Positions 58,501 to 64,000 of a DNA stretch of 64,000 bases are shown piece by piece. The stretch spans positions 1-64,000 of IMG/VR virus record IMGVR_UViG_3300006076_000002, one strand, 5' to 3'. This stretch comes from a virus. The translations under genes were made by a program, and so were the position numbers. How positions within the stretch are numbered: the first letter of the stretch is position 1; every line of letters begins with the position of its first letter. Under the pieces are notes generated by a model. It ran no database searches. It worked only from the letters and a program-made list of their open reading frames with translations, and had not been told where the DNA came from.

Positions 58501-60678
58501 CCCAGGTTTACCATCTGAACTACCATTCAGTATAACCTTTTTCATAGCATCTTTAACTTTAACGTTCTTAGGATCATCAACCTTGCTAGCTATACTTTGA
58601 AACGTAGGTACATTTGTCATTGCTCTATTAGCGGCATCTCTACTAGCCGCTAGTTCTTCATCTGTAGTTACCTTGGCTTCTACCGGTTTACTACCTTTAG
58701 GTAATTTACTTTTTAAACTATTCACTGCGTTTGATAATTCTGCTACACCTTGAGTTGCACCTGCAATGTGTCCACCTGCTAGCCCTTCTATACCAGCCAC
58801 TTTAGCATCTAATTGATTCTTCTCATTAGCTATTATGCTTTGTAGGTCATCACCTTTCTTACCAGTATCCCACTGTTTACCTAGTATGTCTGCCCACTGT
58901 TGTAAGTACTCTTCAGTACCTTCTACTGCCATACCCTTACCGCCTGCAGCTGCCATCCTACCTGCTGACTTTAGTACTGAATGCCATAATTTATCAGTTG
59001 CTTTCTTACCTAGTACGCTAACTGAGTCTTTCAATGCTACTTTAATCGGTTTAGTGATTACCATTGCACTCTCTAACCCTATGTAAGTCTGTAATGCTGC
59101 TGATATACTAGCTAATGCAATGTCTTCTCCTCCAGTGTGTTTCTGCCCTTCAGCTTCATTTCTAGCTGCTAAGGTATCATTAGCTATTCCAGTGAACATC
59201 GCAGTAGCACCGGCTCTCTCTATTCCTTTAGCTAGTACTTTCTGAGCCATGTTTAGCTTGTTATTAGCAGCAGCAGTCAACTTCTCTGCTTGCACTACCT
59301 TACCAGCTTTCATTAACTGTGCAGCTTTCTCATATGCCTTACCTATTTTACTGCCATTCTTAACTACCATCATGCCAGCTTTTGCTTCACCAGCCCCTAT
59401 CATGAATGTACCAACGCTACCAACTACGTTACCCACGATGTTACCACTACGCATTGCATGCCATGCAGCCATCCCGTAGTTACCTTTCTTTATGTCATCC
59501 TCTACTTGTGCTTGTTCTCTTTGTGCTTGATCAGTGTTAACTCCGTATGTTGCATCTGCCATCTGACCTATGTTCTCGTTCGTGTAGTACTCTTTCGTAT
59601 CGTTGTACCCATCACCACCTAACCAACTAGCTACTCCATTCATCTTGAAACTGTGGGCTATGGCATCTTTCTTCTCTGCTTCTAGTTTAGCTCTTTCTTC
59701 TTTACTTGTGGCATTAGCTATTTGATGGTCATAGTAAGCTTCTTCTGCTTTACCTATCAACCAGTCAGGTGCGTCATTAGCTACTGCATCTATTGCCTGA
59801 CCTATTGTACTAGTAACTGTACTTGCAGTTCCTTTAGCGACCCCTTCTAGGAATCCTTGATCACCAAATTTAGCTTTGTTTAATGCAGCTAGTAATGCTT
59901 CTCCATTATCTACCGGTTGTATTTCACCTTTATTACCGAATGAGTCTTCGTATGCGAATCTTCCACCTGTATTAACTTGGTTATCATTATGCATTACCGC
60001 ATTTATGTCTACCCCTTCTTTATTCGCTAAGTATCCTAGTTCACGTGACATATTCGATTTTTGTACACCTTTTACCTTTACTGGTATATTCATGCCATTG
60101 CCGCCACTGTAGGCATTTTTACTTAAGTCCGTCCTAGCTCCCGGTATGTATGGTGCTTCCCAGTCACTATTACCATTTACTATATCAGCTAGTTGCTGTA
60201 TCTTATTCATGTTAGCTACATCTAGCATGTCTTGCTCAGTAATGTTAGCTGCAGTCTTGTGTGCATTTGGATTGTTTTGGTTTATTACGTCAGCAACGCC
60301 TTGTCTTTGTGCATCCATTGATAGTGCACTTTTACTGTATTTGTATTTTTCTGGTTGGTTACGCTTTAAGCTGGGTTCTACTCCATACATATCGTATGGA
60401 CGATTACCGTGTAAGGTCTCTACTGCATCTATTCCAGCAGTTCTGTATGTGGATTCTTTACCTGTTGTAGGATCGATTGTAGTGAATCCATCACCGTCAT
60501 CCCCTGTGTATTTGAGTATGGCATCACTGTAAGTACTAAGTCTATCTCCTGATAGTTTGTTAATCTTATCTTGTGCTCTTTGCTGTAAGTTGTCTACTTT
60601 AGTATTAGTTGAATTCGACCCAAATGCTGCTATGTTTTCCGCTATGTTTTCTGCTGGGTCTTGTAGGTATTGAGGCAT
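52537..60678 (-). CDS. virion-encapsidated RNA polymerase (N4 vRNAP type), N-terminal + polymerase domains
   Basis: 2713 aa; ETDAVTSG (A), RAFMKHPFMVLNYG (B), IHAQDA, GVHDA (C); nearly Cys-free. Confidence 0.9.
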   Translation of the reverse strand: MPQYLQDPAENIAENIAAFGSNSTNTKVDNLQQRAQDKINKLSGDRLSTYSDAILKYTGDDGDGFTTIDPTTGKESTYRTAGIDAVETLHGNRPYDMYGVEPSLKRNQPEKYKYSKSALSMDAQRQGVADVINQNNPNAHKTAANITEQDMLDVANMNKIQQLADIVNGNSDWEAPYIPGARTDLSKNAYSGGNGMNIPVKVKGVQKSNMSRELGYLANKEGVDINAVMHNDNQVNTGGRFAYEDSFGNKGEIQPVDNGEALLAALNKAKFGDQGFLEGVAKGTASTVTSTIGQAIDAVANDAPDWLIGKAEEAYYDHQIANATSKEERAKLEAEKKDAIAHSFKMNGVASWLGGDGYNDTKEYYTNENIGQMADATYGVNTDQAQREQAQVEDDIKKGNYGMAAWHAMRSGNIVGNVVGSVGTFMIGAGEAKAGMMVVKNGSKIGKAYEKAAQLMKAGKVVQAEKLTAAANNKLNMAQKVLAKGIERAGATAMFTGIANDTLAARNEAEGQKHTGGEDIALASISAALQTYIGLESAMVITKPIKVALKDSVSVLGKKATDKLWHSVLKSAGRMAAAGGKGMAVEGTEEYLQQWADILGKQWDTGKKGDDLQSIIANEKNQLDAKVAGIEGLAGGHIAGATQGVAELSNAVNSLKSKLPKGSKPVEAKVTTDEELAASRDAANRAMTNVPTFQSIASKVDDPKNVKVKDAMKKVILNGSSDGKPGLNKNIDDLMTHLTTLDSLDSTPEIITEKELVTKHLQDALNLRRKLNGESEILGNRDPKEIAKDMAEVQTELADITDETVKSEKVKELAKLKAEKLVSDLVHSKDFNGVTVVDKANKNESLALKLLGGEYKGKRKLGMLEHLDAVINAQSDTARDSAIIAMNKFMSTQAEKRDAFKAAQRVYKEKADNLRETIKNLEAIGKDAAGLDKAKNDLAKLKVDVNYPGSKYVYDGKKSEGFTAKLEKEYKLLQDINSLATDTINGTLEVGKPQQAETTQQKVEEAAPVVEGAVKEKNANVQTATVAGIPIRYYSADASNGQLAGTSSDGSKIRLSKNITAKKVLDYLSTHREFKDEKSKEVILTKQQVTDSINKDYSIDFLDTISKLSPQDIRKFLLLHEYRHTQQIGKYGKEEFRKKYTADPALYEKDANVFALKKLGLLNKGKIDAKQNEETKVVTEEKSTTTGTEQSTGQGNTESTKPKQEELTGIDKEIANLEVEIKELEKEVYEKQNTLDKLTDGYNFKNTKRHILRNAIQTRMWTAKQLEKSNASIKRINSYIASIDSSVDALYNKLAETTNKKVESSIQQAIDKKVAKKDELEYKKDFIKDQTQGKERKLTETRKKTIKRILQMQEVNNKVKDTKAAIKEKKSELIDKTAERDNKVASSILAWTADNKSHHVTEAKNGVDVAYGKGYLHEFFKAATEPKNLNATALDVLRELLAQKKETLSSVAQKNLLTAGVTIKKLTGSVQSVVENDLSSARANMVWFGTDSVEGFQSVSRMLMAYTVPEGEFANKGKLELNGKVAEALATSAVEVLTDSMAKFDSERRDNNAVRALKGMDKNAPVSQTDRMSIKDFDGIMDYVSSTIGNKAWKALGLKAVKDAPEGLDTEYIEQKLKAELGMLGMLALEKAEYIILNAKDRDIKLKKEMVFKKGYKTPAAMIYENDKDAGKPDIVTYNLTTTAKDLIKAHKGMTTDLEKVLEPTEDSLGIYTEDNKHEMEDTPTEHQSVSKLFSVSEPRVKAVKKQSDTRLTIGEDFMTGLDKLDGIADTTGYDENGEDVPYSLLDKILGKVDPDTIYVNEREGAKGKNDAIDRQKKLLDEVYEATDKGKKPFWQKWRILTNFRFGIIGGKFDHQSILLHRFATDMGKAEVKLGSTEEKILKLAIGQALGVDVDKLPMGKSIKQYAGLEAKVNGVFGDAKIPTIQDITNDDLKELVDVLGVHDEHGIKGMIEILKYMNHKESASDEAYMSTIMLETDAVTSGYILKMLQMPIFVKGGKLDMKKTFEELERGGFMRVKDGHVPKYSEIADDKTKRDAYQEPAELFRQKVENAKKVNINVKGEIKGVVLDNSKGLAELKFVDPVPSFIGKPVPHPALVKGTQAEIEKRAKGILQGMEVAMELLGEGTRDGEEHLIEEISRAFMKHPFMVLNYGSGMKGIINSIAKRALSTSGTPYPSKSNLNALMTTMATSKKVSEVEGAFDLMKRALKASSYLMVDPSTGKKMYYDKQSEAVDAWLGKLRAELDKTPMNVLNMKIPDNFYEMVQEHVARVVGKPIRDTFEEQYGELIKATRTTNSTIALIGKIALEEVNKQIDIETKKKNEGKHKSKWVPLTTKEVDAILKANKVILPIINMALDNGNGDQMVLFKTAKGDWTEGTMNTAINLQGKIERANGDKLRANSELYKMVVAFTSGAVMPIHAQDASIQAEVLAKWEALGVHDANFATVDKAMGVTKSYNKSAYHLSKDWSLTTEMLDSLYATLNGVDKEVIQKVEDDTAMESVLNVVRKMLTNPVSDIYDMIQGEAPTALDGLSYAEQKELVVEIGKNQNEVLAAVKTFLSKLDGDLSDAYNEYLNTVSEMDMSDNARIAMMSVGRMRDITHLPTMRSTVKEMEQLQKRAEEGRKVLFETDFSVGHSALDGAEYRAEGKEEYVPKVPKNKLDKSKLPKELVYENHSVEPDEVVDTPLANRPLQEVKAETNPEMDIIANKILDQLECD

Positions 60679-60731
60679 TTGTAGTCCTTAGTAGATATAA
60701 TATTTATTATCGTATTATACCATAACTAAGC

Positions 60732-62396
60732 TTACTTTAGGTTCTTTCTAGCAGTTGGATTTAGCAAGGTGTTAGCAAGGTTTATATTCCTACTTTGCTG
60801 CAATGCCTTTATATTACGCAGTTGTTCCGCAGATAATGAACTTTTTGAAGGTTCACGATTTATTAACCCATTTAAGAAGTTCTCTACATCTCCCCCATTA
60901 GGTATTATATGCTTAGGGTGGGCTTTATCGTACTTTTCCTTAGCTATGTAGAATGATAAGGTATCAGGATATTCAGTCACCAGCATACCTGGTTTGTAAG
61001 GGTTTAAGGCAGATCTGTTTACCTCTTTACTAACTTCCTTACGCTTTTTATTATTATGGGCAGTATTTACTTTTATTCCTTTAGCTGCTTCATTTAGCCA
61101 TATGCTATCATTTGCTATTGCTTTATTTACTCGACTTTGTTGTTTACTGCCTAATCCACCATACATGCTTGCAAACCCTTCAGGATTATTTACTGCTAGG
61201 CTAGCTAATGCGTGATCCCCTTTAGGGCTGTTCAATGCATCTAGTAGTGCATTACTTGTAGGTGCTTCCTTCTTATGTTGAGTACTACTACTCTGTTTAC
61301 CCGTACTTGTTGTAATTGACTTACCTAATCTGTCAAGTATCTTGTTGTAATTGTTTCTATCAGCTAGTAACTGCCCTAACGACTTTGACGTAACGTAGTT
61401 TGGGGTAATCTTAGCTATCTGTTTATCAGTTAATCCTGGTACTGCTGCTTTATTTCTACCTGCATAACCGTATTCATTACGTAAGCCATCAACGTACTTT
61501 GCAACGTCTTTAGCTATTTTACCATTATTCTGGTATTCGAACTTGTAGTTAGTACCCCATGTACCTGGATCTTTTGAGTGTGTGATGTACTCGTATGCTT
61601 CTGCAGGTGTGTACCCTTTTATGATTTTTTCTTTACCATTTACTGTTTCAGTTCGTGGAGATGTTAGTAAGTTGAACAAGGTCTTAGCTTGTTTATCATC
61701 GTACTTGATCGGCATGTAATCAGGTGAAGCTTTATTAGTTAACAAATCTAGGTATTTTTCATTGTCGCCCGGTTTGTGTGCAAATGTATAATGACCACCA
61801 GTGGACTTACTACCATCTTTACTATTAGCTATGTTAGCTTTCATTCCCATTTGTACTAGGAACTGCTCTCTTTTCACTCTTTTATCTTCCGCGTCGTTGT
61901 ACGCTTTAGTTTGAGCTGCTTCATTAGCTAGTATCTCTTTCTTAGTATCGAATTGTTGACTCAGTAACTTTGCAGCATTAGCTGCTTCCTGTGCAGTACC
62001 ACCAGCAGCAAGCACCTTATTCGATACGTATTGACTAGCTTCACTTTGTGTTGGATTATACCCCTGTGTATACGTATCATTAAATACCTGCATCTCTTTA
62101 GGCGTAAGTTCGCGTTTACCGTTATTAGTTATTTGGTTATACTTATCAACAACAGCAGTATTAGTTCGCATTAGTAGGTCTTCTGGTCTTACTGATTGAG
62201 CATCGAATCCTTTAGCTAAGTCGGAAACTGCACTTTGCACACCCAACTTTCTCTGACGGTCTTCTTGCTCATCCTGGAACCGTTTAGCTAGTATCTGGTT
62301 CTGGAATGCTTGCTGATTTAATGCAACCTGATCTCGCATTCTTTGACGTGATGCATCTTGTAAATTGTGGCTTACCTGTAAAAATTCTGATTGCAT
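60732..62396 (-). CDS. internal virion/ejection protein (N4 gp51 position)
   Basis: 554 aa, Cys-free, Q/A-rich, directly upstream of vRNAP. Confidence 0.6.
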   Translation of the reverse strand: MQSEFLQVSHNLQDASRQRMRDQVALNQQAFQNQILAKRFQDEQEDRQRKLGVQSAVSDLAKGFDAQSVRPEDLLMRTNTAVVDKYNQITNNGKRELTPKEMQVFNDTYTQGYNPTQSEASQYVSNKVLAAGGTAQEAANAAKLLSQQFDTKKEILANEAAQTKAYNDAEDKRVKREQFLVQMGMKANIANSKDGSKSTGGHYTFAHKPGDNEKYLDLLTNKASPDYMPIKYDDKQAKTLFNLLTSPRTETVNGKEKIIKGYTPAEAYEYITHSKDPGTWGTNYKFEYQNNGKIAKDVAKYVDGLRNEYGYAGRNKAAVPGLTDKQIAKITPNYVTSKSLGQLLADRNNYNKILDRLGKSITTSTGKQSSSTQHKKEAPTSNALLDALNSPKGDHALASLAVNNPEGFASMYGGLGSKQQSRVNKAIANDSIWLNEAAKGIKVNTAHNNKKRKEVSKEVNRSALNPYKPGMLVTEYPDTLSFYIAKEKYDKAHPKHIIPNGGDVENFLNGLINREPSKSSLSAEQLRNIKALQQSRNINLANTLLNPTARKNLK

Positions 62397-62406
62397 TATC
62401 TATCCT

Positions 62407-62997
62407 TTATTGTTTCGCATACATCTTAGCAGCTTCAGCATTCGCTTTAGCATAGTTCTCACCTCTAATTTTTCTATCATTTCTAGAGTCATCATACTTT
62501 CTTTTAGCTAGTCCGTAAGTTTTTAACCCTAAGTCATACTGTTTATTAATCTGATCTTGACGTTGAGCTAGTGTTTTATTATTAGAAGTTATTCCGTATA
62601 TATCCATACCTACACCGTATAAGCTCTGTAGTCCTTTGAATCCAGCAGAAGTTGTGAAGTCACCACTAACTTTAATAGGCTCCATTTTACCAGTTTCTGG
62701 GTTAAATTTATAACTTGTTTGCTCTTGTGGTTTCCACGCTTTATCCCATTTTTCAGAGAATCCATCAAATATACCAGAGTTATTTGTAGTAGGTGCAGTT
62801 GTAGTAGGTTTAGCAAAGTATCCTACATTTTTATCATTAAATACTAATCCGTTAGCACCCATCTTAGCAGCTAGTTCTGGGTACTTTTCTGCAAAAGAGT
62901 TAAATTTATTCATATCAATTAATGTAGAACCGTCATAACCTTTACCACTAACTAGTGAAGAAGCTAATCCACCATTATTTAAAAAATCGTAACCCAT
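62407..62997 (-). CDS. virion protein (N4 gp52 position)
   Basis: Gly-rich amphipathic segment followed by coiled coil; synteny. Confidence 0.55.
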   Translation of the reverse strand: MGYDFLNNGGLASSLVSGKGYDGSTLIDMNKFNSFAEKYPELAAKMGANGLVFNDKNVGYFAKPTTTAPTTNNSGIFDGFSEKWDKAWKPQEQTSYKFNPETGKMEPIKVSGDFTTSAGFKGLQSLYGVGMDIYGITSNNKTLAQRQDQINKQYDLGLKTYGLAKRKYDDSRNDRKIRGENYAKANAEAAKMYAKQ

Positions 62998-63046
62998 ACT
63001 ATATCCTTATGTACTTTTATTAAAGTATTTCTATTAACGTATTATA

Positions 63047-64000
63047 TCATAATACTGGCAATTTTGCATCTGCTGATACTATCGGTACCATTACTTCTCG
63101 CATAGTGGAAGATAATAACACAGCAGAAGGTGCTGCTGTATCAGCTTGAGCAGTAACGCTTGAAGTATATACTAAGTAGTCTGGAGAGAAATTAGCACCT
63201 ACTAACCATTCAGGGACATTTACAGGGTCGTAGTTTTCATCTTCTAAGGTACTAACTAATATATCTCTAAATACTTCTACATATGACTCGTGTACACTAT
63301 CTTTTTCAACTAATTTATTTAGTTCTTTATTTTTATGTTCTAATACAGCCATTTTAGTTTTATAGTCAGCATCCATATGTTTCATTTTCTGCTCAGTTTC
63401 GTAATCAGATATAGTAGAAGCTATACCTGCTATAGTACCGATGTTTTGTAGTAACGTTTGTTCAGCAAAGTGATCCACTATTGCTACAGCTATGTCTGAT
63501 ATAGATGCATTCTCAAGCGCAGTCAACAACTCGCTACTAACACCATTACCTATCGCTCCTGCACCCATGGTAAGTGCTGCGACAATTACCATTCTTAGCA
63601 TCGGATTCATATCAGGAGCAAGTATGCTCATACCTATACTTATAGCCATACCACCTACTAATCCTCCGAGAAATGACCCCAATGTTAATGAAGCCCCACC
63701 TGTTTCAGGGGCAGTAAGTATTATGATAGCTATTCCAGCTACTATTAATACAAACCCAAAGAAACCACTTTGGTACCATTTAATATGTACCACCTTTCTA
63801 GAGTAGGTGTACAGAAACAGGTTACTGCTATATAGTACAGTGTATTCCCTAAAAGCTAATTCTTTATTTATAATATCAGGGTATACAATCACTAGTTGAT
63901 CTAACTTGTCTCCACCTTTTATAGTAGTGGTACCCCAACCATTATCAGAACCTACTTGACTAGTAGATATAGAGTATACACCGTCATAGGATTGAAATAT
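63047..64000 (-). CDS. structural protein (N4 gp53-like), 5' end outside window
   Basis: KWYQSGFF followed by TM helices; frame stays open to the window edge. Confidence 0.6.
   Translation of the reverse strand: MFQSYDGVYSISTSQVGSDNGWGTTTIKGGDKLDQLVIVYPDIINKELAFREYTVLYSSNLFLYTYSRKVVHIKWYQSGFFGFVLIVAGIAIIILTAPETGGASLTLGSFLGGLVGGMAISIGMSILAPDMNPMLRMVIVAALTMGAGAIGNGVSSELLTALENASISDIAVAIVDHFAEQTLLQNIGTIAGIASTISDYETEQKMKHMDADYKTKMAVLEHKNKELNKLVEKDSVHESYVEVFRDILVSTLEDENYDPVNVPEWLVGANFSPDYLVYTSSVTAQADTAAPSAVLLSSTMREVMVPIVSADAKLPVL

Noticed and set aside
49344-60951. Numerous plus-strand ORFs of 60-266 aa
   Set aside because: Ser/Leu/Phe-rich antisense shadows of the minus-strand virion genes.
1-64000. 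Genome-wide stop-codon reassignment (TGA=Trp or TAA recoding)
   Set aside because: Many genes end in TGA within ATGA overlaps or in TAA within TAATG overlaps, Trp is encoded by TGG, and long genes are intact in code 11. In-frame stops are sporadic.

Overview
Window from an AT-rich lytic N4-like (Schitoviridae-type) podophage. The host is probably a Campylobacterota (epsilon-proteobacterial) bacterium, inferred from TTAAG-N11-TATAAT promoters, a FliM-like peptide and host-type ThyX/HU genes. Layout: a minus-strand block (1-2910; PIN-PhoH, GIY-YIG-like, DUF3307, GGDEF); a divergent non-coding region that is probably the genome terminus/early-promoter region (~2950-3350); a long plus-strand early/middle region (3356-48167) with a compact T7-type RNA polymerase, ThyX, AAA+/VWA pair, helicase, primase, DNA polymerase A, exonuclease, AAA_24, SSB, HU, NrdAB, two methyltransferases, MazG-like protein, several homing endonucleases, one tRNA-Lys and many small ORFs; and a minus-strand virion block (48317-64000) with a virion RNA polymerase apparently split into two genes. 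Most notable findings: (i) a FliM N-terminal (CheY-binding) peptide mimic plus a stand-alone diguanylate cyclase, a candidate system for controlling host motility; (ii) a split virion RNAP whose otherwise Cys-free halves each have one Cys at the split point; (iii) an in-frame UGA followed directly by a stem-loop (possible Sec/readthrough), plus other in-frame stops; (iv) a middle RNAP with His at the T7 Y639 position; (v) a dispersed small-protein paralog family and several structured non-coding regions. All assignments come from motif recognition by eye; no searches were run.
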